A DNA stretch of 64,000 nt from an uncultured Gammaproteobacteria bacterium (GCA_964570655.1 CAZMYU010000002.1:11367-75366), one strand, 5' to 3'; numbered from the stretch's first letter, positions 45,765 through 55,090 are shown. The notes: generated by a model from the letters alone, not told the origin. Program-made: numbers and translations.

Positions 45765-48075
45765 AAGGAAGACAATCAAAGTAGAAGTTTCTCCAAAGGT
45801 TTTGGCTGGACATGAGCCTTCCCGTTTTGTGGTTGATTTCAAGAAAAAATTTGTTGATGACGAACTCACTACCAAAAAAAATGATAATCATCGTCATAGG
45901 GCCAAACATGTCTTGATAGCTCCGGATTTTTCCAAGTTTAAAGAAGTGGCTGCCCCTACTCCTCGCCCAGTCAAAGAAGATAAAAATTATAAAATTAATT
46001 TTAAGCCCAAATTATCAGGAATGCTAATTTTTGTTGGAGCGCTACTGGTTTTGGCTATTTTATTTAAGGGTTGGACTTATTACCATCTGCTGAGTCGTGC
46101 TAATCAATCGGCTATTTATGGTTCTTCTAATCAAGCCTTGGCTTATCTAAAGGGAGCGATGCGTAATTTGTCGTCTATGGATTTGTCATCGGCTAATAAT
46201 GATTTTTCTAGCGCTGCCTCTGATTTTGTAGATGCTGGACAAAAATTAAATGATATTGATGAATTGGTCGGAGTGTTATCGGCTATTTCTGATCGGCCAG
46301 AATTGAAATTGGCTTCGGAGTCGCAAAAAATAATGGAAGCTGGCGCTCTAGCTTCTTCGGCTGGAGCCAATCTAACGGCGGCTTTTAATTCTTTGACCGC
46401 TTGTCTGGGCGTCAATTGTCCGGATCTTAAAGAACGTTTGGATAGTTTTTTGAATAATTCTTATGTGGCTATTGATAATGTCCATGAGCTCAATAAAGAG
46501 CTAGCCACTATCAAAGTCAAACGTTTGCCGGTTGAGTATCAGGGAACTTTTAAGGAGCTCCAAGAAAAATCGGCTCTCCTGGAAAAGACTTTGAAGCGTT
46601 TTGTTAATTTGGCTGCCAGTCTTAATGATTTTTTGGGGGTACAGACCGATAAACGATATCTACTGATTTTTCAAAATAATAGTGAATTGCGCCCTTCGGG
46701 TGGTTTTATTGGTAGCTATGCTTTGGCGGATATTAAAAATGGCACTTTAGAAAAATTGGAAATTCCCAAAGGCGGATCTTATGATCTCAAAGCTGGTTCG
46801 CGAATGCTACTGGCAGCGCCTGAGCCTTTACGACTAGTGAGCCCTTTATGGTATTTTTGGGATGCTAATTGGTGGCCAGATTGGCGTCGCAGTGCCAAAA
46901 ATCTGCAATGGTTTTTGGAGAAAAGTGATGGACCGTCAACCGACGGGGTGATTGCGGTGACTCCGACGGTTTTGGAAAAACTTTTGGCTGTGACTGGTCC
47001 AATTGATTTGCAAGCCAAGTATGGCGTAATTATTGATCAAAATAATTTTTGGTTAATGACTCAAAGTATTGTGGAGGCCACTGGTCAGGGTGAGAGGCGA
47101 GCCACTAGTTCTTGGCCCATGCTCTCTAGCAGTACTTTGGCGCTCATTGCCAGTGCTAGCTCTACCGAACCCAAAGCTATTATTGGTGATTTGACCACCA
47201 AGATTTTAGAAGAACTTCCAAAGAAATTAGACAAAGATAATCTTTTGAAAATTTTAAATATTTTTGACGAGGCGCTACGAGAAAAACAGATTTTGGTTTA
47301 TTTTAGTGATCCAGTTTTGGAGGCCAAGCTGTCTAAAAACTTTTTGGATGGTCGACAACGTAATTATGATAATGATTATTTGATGGTGGTAGATACTAAT
47401 ATTGCTGGGGGCAAAAGTGATTACAAAATTAAACAAAAGATTAATCAAGAAGTAAACATTGATAGCCAGGGAGTGATTACTGATAAATTAATTATTACTC
47501 GCACTCATGAGGGAATAAAAAGAGAAGCACTCTCGGGAGTGCGGAATGTTAATTGGCTTAGAGTTTATGTGCCCAAAGGTTCACAGCTAATCTCGGCTTC
47601 TGGTTTTAGTGCTCCGGATCCTAAATATTTTGATGCTCCGGTGGAGTCCGCTGAAATTCATCCCTATATTCAAGAGACTGAAATGACAGCGACTATTGAC
47701 CAGGCTAGTGGGGTGCGGATTTATCAAGAAGGCAATTATACCGTCTTAGCTGGGTGGACCATGGTTGATCCAGGTCAGGAGATTAGTATTTCTTTGGAGT
47801 ATCAATTGCCTAGCAAATTAAAAACTTATCAAACTACCAAATATTTTTGGTCTGATTTTTGGAATTGGCTCATTAGCCGAGATCCTTTGTATGTGTATTC
47901 ACTAATTTTGGATAAACAGCCCGGCATTTTCCCATCAGATTTTACCCAAACTATTAATTTGGCGAACAAAAAGTTTGTTTGGGCCTATCCTTTTGCTTTG
48001 AGTGCTTCATCAAGCACTAGTAGCTTAGTTGATAGTTTAAATGGCGATAAATATTATTTTGTTTTAATTAAATAA
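45754..48075 (+). CDS. DUF4012 domain membrane-anchored protein
   Basis: YLLIFQNNSELRPSGGFIGSY, DANWWPD, GVIAVTP and KQPG. Confidence 0.88.
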   Translation: MVSKRKTIKVEVSPKVLAGHEPSRFVVDFKKKFVDDELTTKKNDNHRHRAKHVLIAPDFSKFKEVAAPTPRPVKEDKNYKINFKPKLSGMLIFVGALLVLAILFKGWTYYHLLSRANQSAIYGSSNQALAYLKGAMRNLSSMDLSSANNDFSSAASDFVDAGQKLNDIDELVGVLSAISDRPELKLASESQKIMEAGALASSAGANLTAAFNSLTACLGVNCPDLKERLDSFLNNSYVAIDNVHELNKELATIKVKRLPVEYQGTFKELQEKSALLEKTLKRFVNLAASLNDFLGVQTDKRYLLIFQNNSELRPSGGFIGSYALADIKNGTLEKLEIPKGGSYDLKAGSRMLLAAPEPLRLVSPLWYFWDANWWPDWRRSAKNLQWFLEKSDGPSTDGVIAVTPTVLEKLLAVTGPIDLQAKYGVIIDQNNFWLMTQSIVEATGQGERRATSSWPMLSSSTLALIASASSTEPKAIIGDLTTKILEELPKKLDKDNLLKILNIFDEALREKQILVYFSDPVLEAKLSKNFLDGRQRNYDNDYLMVVDTNIAGGKSDYKIKQKINQEVNIDSQGVITDKLIITRTHEGIKREALSGVRNVNWLRVYVPKGSQLISASGFSAPDPKYFDAPVESAEIHPYIQETEMTATIDQASGVRIYQEGNYTVLAGWTMVDPGQEISISLEYQLPSKLKTYQTTKYFWSDFWNWLISRDPLYVYSLILDKQPGIFPSDFTQTINLANKKFVWAYPFALSASSSTSSLVDSLNGDKYYFVLIK

Positions 48076-48078
48076 AAT

Positions 48079-50046
48079 ATGACTACTCATAAACCCAGTT
48101 CCAAAAAAGATTTTATTGAAAGGCCGCTGCTGCCGGAGGAGGATATCAAAAAATTTGAAGCAGCTATTAATCATTTTGGTCGCTCGGCTCGTCGTCAAAA
48201 CGGTGATGAGCTTTTGGAGATTTATGAAGACGATCAAGGCCGAGTGGTTGATGTTAAGAAAATTAGTATTCGACGACGTCCTAGTCGGCTGGCTCGTTTA
48301 CTAAAAATATTAGTTTGGATCCTGGTCCTGGCTGGCTTGGCTTATGGAGCGTATTTTTATTATTTGAAATTTTATTCAGGCAAATCAAAGCTTTTAGAAA
48401 TTAGCATTGATGCTCCGGCCAAAATCAAGAGCGGGGAAGAGTTTTTCTATACGGTTAAATATAAAAATAACGCTAGTTTGTCACTAAAAAATATTAAAGT
48501 TGAGCTAATTTATCCAGACAATTTTGTGTATATGGACAGTTTGCCACTGCCTAGTCAAAACAAGAATTCTTGGGCAGTCGTGGATTTGCCAGCTGGAGCG
48601 ACCGGAGAAATAAAAATCAAGGGTCAGATAATCGGAGAGAGTGGCCAGGATAATATTCTGACAGTTAAAGCTAATTATTATTTGGACAAATTTAGCACTG
48701 AATTTCGGCATGAATTTAGCGCGGTCACTTTGATAGATGGCTTGGGGTTTGTGATTAATTCTGATTATTCTAATACCGCCCTGATTGGTCAGGATAATGA
48801 GATCAATTTGAGCTTCAAAGATTTTGAGGAATTGTTTGTACCCAGTAGTCTAATTTTGAGTGCTGAGTTGTCTGACAATGTTAGCGATTTTAGTCCGGTC
48901 CCGGTCAAAAACTCAAACACTGCGACCTCTAGTTTAAGCTTTGCTAAAATCGCCGATCACTCTTGGCAGATTACTGGCTTTACTAAAGATACGGCTAGTC
49001 AGGTCTTGAGAATTGTTTATCGACTCAAAGACAAGTTGGAGCCCCAAGAAAAAATAGTTTTAAAATTAGAAGTGTTGGGTTCTGACAATTTGCCACATAC
49101 TTTGTGGCGGGAAGAATTAAGCTTGAACGTAGTGAAGAGTAATTTGAATTTGAGCTTGGATGTTAATGGACAAAAAGGTGACTCGGCAATTAATTTTGGT
49201 GAAACTCTTAGTTATAATATTAGTTACACTAATAATGACAATGTCGCTTTGAAAGATGTGGTCATTACCGCTGTTTTGGATGGGGAAGCGATTAATTGGG
49301 AGACACTCAAAGATAAGTTCAAGGGGGAACGGCGTAGTGGCAATTCTATTTCTTGGAGCAAAAATGAGGTGCCGGAGCTGGCTGAATTGGCCCCCGGATC
49401 AACTGGGCGGATTTATTTTTCGGTCAATGCTGTGACGTATCAACAGAATGTTTTGGGCAAAAATTTGCAGGTTCAAAGTTATGGACAATTTGGAGTGGGG
49501 GTGGAGACACCAGATAGTCAAGCCCTGGATAATAAAAGCAATGTAATTATAAATAAAATAAATAGTGATTTTAATTTTAAAGATAGAATTCTTTATTTTA
49601 ACGAGGATAATATTCCGGTTGGGTCTGGGCCGCTGCCACCGAAGTTTGGGCAAACTACTAGTTTGCGGGTTTATTGGAGTATTAATAATAATTTGCATGA
49701 ATTAAGTAATACTCAGGTTGTTTATGATTTACCTGAGGGAGTGAATTATGGCGGGCAGGATAATGTTTCGGTAGGATCAATTAGCTATGATAGTACTTTG
49801 CGACGAATCACTTGGGAGATTGGATCATTGCCGCTAAGCACTTATCAGGCCAGTGCCGAATTTAATATTTCTATTACTCCGCAAAGTGCTGATCGTAATC
49901 GAATCATGATGCTCAGCAATGGAGTGAGGGCCACGGCTACTGATATTGAGACTCAGGCTAGCTTAGAAAAAAGTACTACCCCGCAAACTACTCGTCTAGA
50001 AGATGATGATATCGCCGCCCTGAGTAATGATGGGGTGGTGAGATAG
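48079..50046 (+). CDS. Membrane-anchored protein with repeated Ig-like (DUF11-like) domains
   Basis: TM helix followed by repeated GE...Y.(V/I).Y.N modules; GSGPLPPK. Confidence 0.75.
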   Translation: MTTHKPSSKKDFIERPLLPEEDIKKFEAAINHFGRSARRQNGDELLEIYEDDQGRVVDVKKISIRRRPSRLARLLKILVWILVLAGLAYGAYFYYLKFYSGKSKLLEISIDAPAKIKSGEEFFYTVKYKNNASLSLKNIKVELIYPDNFVYMDSLPLPSQNKNSWAVVDLPAGATGEIKIKGQIIGESGQDNILTVKANYYLDKFSTEFRHEFSAVTLIDGLGFVINSDYSNTALIGQDNEINLSFKDFEELFVPSSLILSAELSDNVSDFSPVPVKNSNTATSSLSFAKIADHSWQITGFTKDTASQVLRIVYRLKDKLEPQEKIVLKLEVLGSDNLPHTLWREELSLNVVKSNLNLSLDVNGQKGDSAINFGETLSYNISYTNNDNVALKDVVITAVLDGEAINWETLKDKFKGERRSGNSISWSKNEVPELAELAPGSTGRIYFSVNAVTYQQNVLGKNLQVQSYGQFGVGVETPDSQALDNKSNVIINKINSDFNFKDRILYFNEDNIPVGSGPLPPKFGQTTSLRVYWSINNNLHELSNTQVVYDLPEGVNYGGQDNVSVGSISYDSTLRRITWEIGSLPLSTYQASAEFNISITPQSADRNRIMMLSNGVRATATDIETQASLEKSTTPQTTRLEDDDIAALSNDGVVR

Positions 50047-50162
50047 AAGTTCAAAACTAAAAACTCAAAACTCAAAGCCACAACTAAAAATTAAAAACTA
50101 ATTTTTAAAAAGTTTTGATCTTTGCGTTGTATTTTTGCGTTTTGAGTTTTGACATTTGAGTT
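50047..50162. repeat. Heptamer-arm inverted repeat, copy 3
   Basis: TCAAAAC TAAAAAC TCAAAAC TCAAAGCCACAAC ... GTTGTATTTTTGC GTTTTGA GTTTTGA CATTTGA. Confidence 0.9.
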
Positions 50163-50186
50163 CGCGATCATTTTCCCGAATTAACT

Positions 50187-51365
50187 ATGCATTCAACCAA
50201 AAAACAATTAGGATTTACCCTCATCGAATTATTAGTGGTCATCGCCATTATTGGCATCTTGGCCACGGTTAGCGTGGTTGCTCTCAATAATGCTCGAGCT
50301 AAGAGTCGTGATGCCAAGCGAGTCGCTGATGTCAAAAATATTCAAACCGCTCTGGCTCTTTATTATAATGACAAGGGACAATATCCAATAACACTGACTG
50401 CCGGTCAACCTTTATTTTCAACTTCTCTAGATGGTGCTGGTAATGTCGTTACCTCTACTTATATTTCCTCTATTCCGAGCGCTCCTACTCCAGCTGATGG
50501 AGCTAATTGCAATACGACTAATAATACTTTTACCTATTCTACTTCTTCCGACCTGCAGTCTTATGTTCTTTCAACTTGTGTTTCCTCTCCTCCGCAAACT
50601 CAATCCAGTAGTACTGGTCCAGCTATTTATATATCTGATCCCGCTCAAACTCAACCTTGTGGTCAATATGTTATTAATTATGAGGGCAAAACCTATCGCA
50701 CTGTCCAAATTGGTACTCAATGTTGGACGAGGGATAATTTGAATGTGGGAGCACTAACCGTTGAGCAGGATAATGGCCCCTGCATTGATATGGGGTGGGG
50801 GTATGCAGCTCCTTGGGATATTTGTCAGCTCGATGATACTAAAATTGAAAAAGCCTGCAAGAGCAATAGCGAAGCCCAATGCGATTTATATGGCGGTTTT
50901 TATGAGTGGCATGAAGCTTACGGTTTGTCTGCTTATTATGCTACCAATACTTATACTTTCCCATCTGGCAACCGACGAGGTATTTGTCCGCCTGGTTGGC
51001 ATATGGCCAGCGATGCCGAGTGGAATGTACTGGAAGTATTTGTTTATGGTGATACTGCTAATTACTGTACTACTGGTAGTAGTGGTGGCAGTACTGATCG
51101 CTGCATGGCTGATGGTACTCATGTAATTGGCGTGGGAGATGCTTTGGCTATCCCTGGTGGATGCGGTGGTCGCACTCCCTGTGGTACATCGGGATTTGAC
51201 TGGAAACATGCTGGCACCTGGGGTATGGATTTATTTTGGCAAAGCAGTGGTATTAGAGGTAGTTTATATTCATCTAACTTGGTTGGAGGCTTTGCTTCTG
51301 GTAGTGGTTCTGGTGGTTGGTCAAACAAAGTTTTAAACCAACATATAAGATGCTTAAAAGATTAA
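50187..51365 (+). CDS. Type IV pilin-like protein with a C-terminal FISUMP (Fib_succ_major) domain
   Basis: G|FTLIELLVVIAIIG prepilin site, Y.TVQIGTQCW...NL, YG..Y.W, GICPPGWH and terminal IRCLKD. Confidence 0.9.
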   Translation: MHSTKKQLGFTLIELLVVIAIIGILATVSVVALNNARAKSRDAKRVADVKNIQTALALYYNDKGQYPITLTAGQPLFSTSLDGAGNVVTSTYISSIPSAPTPADGANCNTTNNTFTYSTSSDLQSYVLSTCVSSPPQTQSSSTGPAIYISDPAQTQPCGQYVINYEGKTYRTVQIGTQCWTRDNLNVGALTVEQDNGPCIDMGWGYAAPWDICQLDDTKIEKACKSNSEAQCDLYGGFYEWHEAYGLSAYYATNTYTFPSGNRRGICPPGWHMASDAEWNVLEVFVYGDTANYCTTGSSGGSTDRCMADGTHVIGVGDALAIPGGCGGRTPCGTSGFDWKHAGTWGMDLFWQSSGIRGSLYSSNLVGGFASGSGSGGWSNKVLNQHIRCLKD

Positions 51366-51369
51366 TTTC

Positions 51370-52416
51370 ATGTCAAATTTTAAAAAAACAAAATTTCCAA
51401 TTTTTCTCCCCGATGCCACACGGGGCTTTGTTAAATTTCTGAGTAACGATCGGCTTAGGGAGGCGGGGGTTAAGGCGCTGATGATGAATACTTTTTATTT
51501 GTATTTGCAACCGGGGTTAAAAATTATTAAGAAAGCCGGGGGCTTACATAGGTTTATAAATTGGTCTGGGCCAATTGCCACCGACAGCGGGGGTTTTCAG
51601 GTCTTTTCTCTGATTCGCAAAAATCCGAAAATGGGCAAGGTTCATGACGATCGGATCACTTTTAAATCTCCGATAAATGGTGAGGTTCATGAATTTACTC
51701 CAGAGAAGGTTATCCAAATTCAATTTGAGTTGGGCAGTGATCTAATGATTTGTTTAGATGATTGTCCAGCCAATGAATCATCTCGGAAAGAATTGGAAAG
51801 GGCAGTAGCTAGAACTATTGATTGGGCCAGGAGATCAAAAATTGAATACGCCAAACAATTGAAAAAAAGAAAAATTAATAATCAAGATCGACCCCTACTT
51901 TTGGCGGTAATTCAGGGTGGAGCCGAACTTGATTTAAGGAAGAAATGTGCCGAGGAATTAATTAAAATTGGTTTTGATGGTTATGGTTTTGGCGCTCGGC
52001 ATATTGATAGTGAAGGGAAGTTTATGGATAAGGTCTTGAAATATACGGCTGGGCTAATTCCTAAAGATGCTTATAAGTTTGCCTTGGGCATGGGGACACC
52101 TGAGGATATTAAGAAATTAGCCAAAATGGGTTGGCAGATTTTTGACTGCGTGATCCCGAGCCGAGAGGGGCGTCATGGCCGTTTATTTGGCTTAAAATTG
52201 GGTTTTAAGGGCTATGAAACCATTAATATAACTAATTCCAAATATAGTCATGATTTTCGGGCTATTAACCCAAAAAGCGGGATTTCAGACCTAAAAAACA
52301 ATAGTCGAGCCTATCTGCATCATCTTTTTAAACTAGGCGACCCCTTGGGTCCCGAACTAGCCAGTTTGAATAATTTGGAGTTTTATCAGGAGTGGATTGA
52401 AAGATTGAAGGATTGA
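51370..52416 (+). CDS. tgt: tRNA-guanine transglycosylase, divergent
   Basis: TDSGGFQVFSL, LDDC, IQGG, FDCVIP.R.GRHG and SRAYLHHL. Confidence 0.9.
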   Translation: MSNFKKTKFPIFLPDATRGFVKFLSNDRLREAGVKALMMNTFYLYLQPGLKIIKKAGGLHRFINWSGPIATDSGGFQVFSLIRKNPKMGKVHDDRITFKSPINGEVHEFTPEKVIQIQFELGSDLMICLDDCPANESSRKELERAVARTIDWARRSKIEYAKQLKKRKINNQDRPLLLAVIQGGAELDLRKKCAEELIKIGFDGYGFGARHIDSEGKFMDKVLKYTAGLIPKDAYKFALGMGTPEDIKKLAKMGWQIFDCVIPSREGRHGRLFGLKLGFKGYETINITNSKYSHDFRAINPKSGISDLKNNSRAYLHHLFKLGDPLGPELASLNNLEFYQEWIERLKD

Positions 52417-52429
52417 AAGATTGAAAATT
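52395..52429. repeat. 8-mer tandem repeat (GATTGAAR) x4 overlapping the tgt stop
   Basis: Same unit as the left arm of 31163-31244; it encodes the last tgt codons. Confidence 0.85.
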
Positions 52430-52440
52430 TTTTAAATAGG

Positions 52441-52470
52441 ACCTGGATCCTGGCCTTCGCCAGGATGACA
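52441..52470. repeat. 30-bp REP-like hairpin, copy 2
   Basis: Identical to 23605-23634. Confidence 0.9.
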
Positions 52471-52534
52471 GGGGAAGGGAGGTATTGTCTTTTTTTAGCA
52501 TTGATAATATAATTTTTAAACCAGCCTATTTTAT

Positions 52535-53752
52535 ATGAATGCTAATCATTTTGAACAAATAGATGTTTTAGAACCGAAGATTTCGGTCGCTCCGCCATTG
52601 TTTTCGGATGGAGAGAAATTTGATCCCGATTTTGAATTGGACAAAATAAAAAAAATGTCGACTGCTGATAAGGAATTGGCTTTGCCAATATATCGACAAA
52701 AATTGTTGATGCAAAAAATAGGTATAAATGAGATGATTGTTGATTTATCCAAAAAGTTTTTAGATAATAATAAAATTGATGCTCAGGATATTTCGGAATT
52801 TCTTGAAAATGCTTATAGTGAAAATCACTTAAGTGCTGAGCAAATTATTACCTTTCGGGATTCTGTTGATGAATTTATTCACAAACGAGATTTTATAGAA
52901 AAATTTACTAAAGATTTTTTAGATGAAAACGGAGAGATCAATAGTCGGGAGTTGTTTAAAAAGATTTTTAATTTTGAGCCAAGCGATGATATTAGGGTGG
53001 AGATTCTACCAGCGGCTATTTATTTTCATATTAAAAATTTAAACGATTACGCTCGAACCGTTACTAATGCTCGGATTGAGGGTCGACCACCCAACCAAGA
53101 GGAAATCAAGCAGGCTAGGGATGGTCAGGCGGCTGTACTATTTGATAATGAAATTTTAGAATTAAAAGGTTCGGTGATTGTGGCTGGACCAGTTATTTGT
53201 GAAAATCCACACTTAGATCAGCAGGTTATTGATCATGAATATCGTCATGTTATCAATAATATTATTTTGCAGTATCAGATTCCCGAATATAGTCTTTACG
53301 CTAAAGGCCAGGTTGCTTTATCCGGTTTGAGCAAGGAAGTTTATCTTAATAATTGTTTTGTTTTGGAAAGGGCCAAGGATGAAATTAGCGCTTATTATAA
53401 TGAAACTAGAGATACCAAATTTATAAGTCGGACTTTGTTAAAAGAAGATACTATCTATCAATTTTTTAAAACTTATAATTCTACGCTTGACTTACCTCAA
53501 GACAAAATACCCAAAGAATTTCTAAAGGTAGTTGAAAAAGGTATTGTAGCTTATGGGCGTTTACTGGTTTATGGTCTAACTGATGAGCAGGCTCACGCTT
53601 TATTAATTATTGAGAAGTTAGCTGATTGGCCCAAGGTAGTGGAAAGATATTTGGGTGTTACCAAGGGGATTAATCGTTTAAGTTTGAAGCAAAAACAAAA
53701 CAATTTACAGACTATGATTGACCAGCGGATTCTTAAAAAAACCGAAAAATAA
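52535..53752 (+). CDS. Hypothetical protein with a HExxH motif
   Basis: IDHEYRH and a downstream KDEISAY; no signal peptide. Confidence 0.65.
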   Translation: MNANHFEQIDVLEPKISVAPPLFSDGEKFDPDFELDKIKKMSTADKELALPIYRQKLLMQKIGINEMIVDLSKKFLDNNKIDAQDISEFLENAYSENHLSAEQIITFRDSVDEFIHKRDFIEKFTKDFLDENGEINSRELFKKIFNFEPSDDIRVEILPAAIYFHIKNLNDYARTVTNARIEGRPPNQEEIKQARDGQAAVLFDNEILELKGSVIVAGPVICENPHLDQQVIDHEYRHVINNIILQYQIPEYSLYAKGQVALSGLSKEVYLNNCFVLERAKDEISAYYNETRDTKFISRTLLKEDTIYQFFKTYNSTLDLPQDKIPKEFLKVVEKGIVAYGRLLVYGLTDEQAHALLIIEKLADWPKVVERYLGVTKGINRLSLKQKQNNLQTMIDQRILKKTEK

Positions 53753-53769
53753 ACAGGAATTAAGAGCCC

Positions 53770-53798
53770 TTGACAGGTTGGCAAATGTTAGCTATTAT
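53770..53798 (+). promoter_or_regulatory. rplJ promoter
   Basis: TTGACA, 17 nt, TATTAT. Confidence 0.7.
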
Positions 53799-53816
53799 AT
53801 TTTTATAAATAAACAC

Positions 53817-53857
53817 AGCCAAAGACAGCAAGCAATGACAATTAGACTTGCCCAGGC
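53817..53857 (+). ncRNA. Ribosomal protein L10 leader
   Basis: GCCAAAGACAGCAAG...TTAGA.CTTGCCCAGGC matches the L10-leader pattern CCnAAGACAGYAGG..TTAA..CCTRCCnAGG and lies upstream of rplJ. Confidence 0.75.
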
Positions 53858-53931
53858 CAAAACTCAGCATTTTTTGCTTTTTTTGTGGCCGATCTCGGCC
53901 ATTTTTATTTTATAAAAAGTCTCTATGCCCT

Positions 53932-53959
53932 AACTACTAATTACTAACTACTAATTACT
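53932..53959. repeat. Alternating heptamer tandem repeat (AACTACT/AATTACT) x4
   Basis: Ends 11 nt before the rplJ ATG. Confidence 0.88.
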
Positions 53960-53970
53960 TATTCAATCAT

Positions 53971-54504
53971 ATGCCTAAAACAAAATTACAAAAACAAGAA
54001 ACTTTTCGAGATTTGGTGGAGAAGATGAAAAAGGCCAATTCGATTGTTTTTGCGTCTTATAATGCTTTGACGGTTAAGGATAATGAAGCCTTGCGTCAGG
54101 AATTACGCAAAGAAAATGCTGAATATTTTGTGGCCAAAAAAACTTTAATGAATTTAGCCTTCAAAGATCAAGGACTAGAAGGTGCTAATGCTAGAGAGTT
54201 TGATGGTAAAGTAGCCACGATTTTTGCTTATGGTGACCAGGTCGCTCCGGCCAAGGTTTTGTTTAACTTTAAAAAAGACAAGGACAAGGCGGAGAAGATT
54301 CAATTTGTTGGTGGCTTTTTGGATGGTCGCTTTATTACCAAAAGCGAAGTTGAAGCTTTGTCTCAACTTCCGGGCCGACAAGAATTGTATGCCAAAATGC
54401 TTGGATCACTTAATGCTCCAGTTTCTGGTTTTGTTAATGTCTTGGGAGGTAATTTGAGAGGATTGGTTACAGCTCTAAAAGCGATTGCTGATGCTAAAGC
54501 TTAA
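53971..54504 (+). CDS. rplJ: 50S ribosomal protein L10
   Basis: LR..LR...EYFVAKKTL and LP.R.ELYA.ML..LNAP. Confidence 0.96.
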   Translation: MPKTKLQKQETFRDLVEKMKKANSIVFASYNALTVKDNEALRQELRKENAEYFVAKKTLMNLAFKDQGLEGANAREFDGKVATIFAYGDQVAPAKVLFNFKKDKDKAEKIQFVGGFLDGRFITKSEVEALSQLPGRQELYAKMLGSLNAPVSGFVNVLGGNLRGLVTALKAIADAKA

Positions 54505-54541
54505 TAAAATTTAAATAATAATTATTAATAATTTTAAAACT

Positions 54542-54943
54542 ATGGAAGACGACAAGAAAACTATCGAAGTTCCAGCCAAATTCAAATCTTTGGTTGAGGA
54601 AATCGAAAAAATGAGTGTTCTAGATTTGGCTGAATTAGTCAAAATCTTGGAAGAAAAATTTGGTGTTTCCGCTTCAGCTCCAGCCATGATGATGGCGGGT
54701 CCAGCGGCCGCCGCTGCCCCAACTGAAGAAAAGACTTCTTTTGATGTGGAATTGACTGATGCTGGCGCCAATAAGATCAATGTTATCAAGGCCGTTCGCG
54801 CTTTGACTGACTTGGGTCTCAAAGAAGCCAAGGATTTGGTGGATGCCGCTCCAAAAATGGTGAAAGAAGGTGTCAAAAAAGAAGATGCCGAAGCCATGAA
54901 GAAAACCTTAGAAGAAGCTGGTGGAAAGGTAACCCTAAAATAA
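54542..54943 (+). CDS. rplL: 50S ribosomal protein L7/L12
   Basis: [22 protein letters not shown] and [10 protein letters not shown]. Confidence 0.98.
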   Translation: MEDDKKTIEVPAKFKSLVEEIEKMSVLDLAELVKILEEKFGVSASAPAMMMAGPAAAAAPTEEKTSFDVELTDAGANKINVIKAVRALTDLGLKEAKDLVDAAPKMVKEGVKKEDAEAMKKTLEEAGGKVTLK

Positions 54944-55036
54944 CCATTGGTTATTTTAGGGTTACCCTGAGCGCCCGCCTGCAACGCTATGCGTAGCATT
55001 GCGGGCAGGAAGTCGAAGGGTGACCTTAAAATAACC
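54926..55036. repeat. Composite element: rplL 3' end, inverted copy, nested REP-like core, second direct copy
   Basis: 39-bp palindrome with 19-bp arms at 54928-54966. CCCTGAGCG..AAGTCGAAGGG is interrupted by a 36-nt hairpin. GTGACCTTAAAATAACC lies at 55020. Confidence 0.85.
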
Positions 55037-55042
55037 TAATTT

Positions 55043-55085
55043 TCTATAAAAAACACCGCCATTTCTGGCGGTGTTTTTTTATAGA
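55043..55085. terminator. Bidirectional intrinsic terminator
   Basis: AAAAAACACCGCCA-tttc-TGGCGGTGTTTTTT. Confidence 0.9.
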
Positions 55086-55090
55086 GAAAG

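Noticed and set aside
54511-54999. 162-aa minus-strand ORF
   Set aside because: It is the antisense shadow of rplL. The same applies to other nested ORFs such as 61235-61717, 62502-62912, 2029-2403 and 50431-51336.
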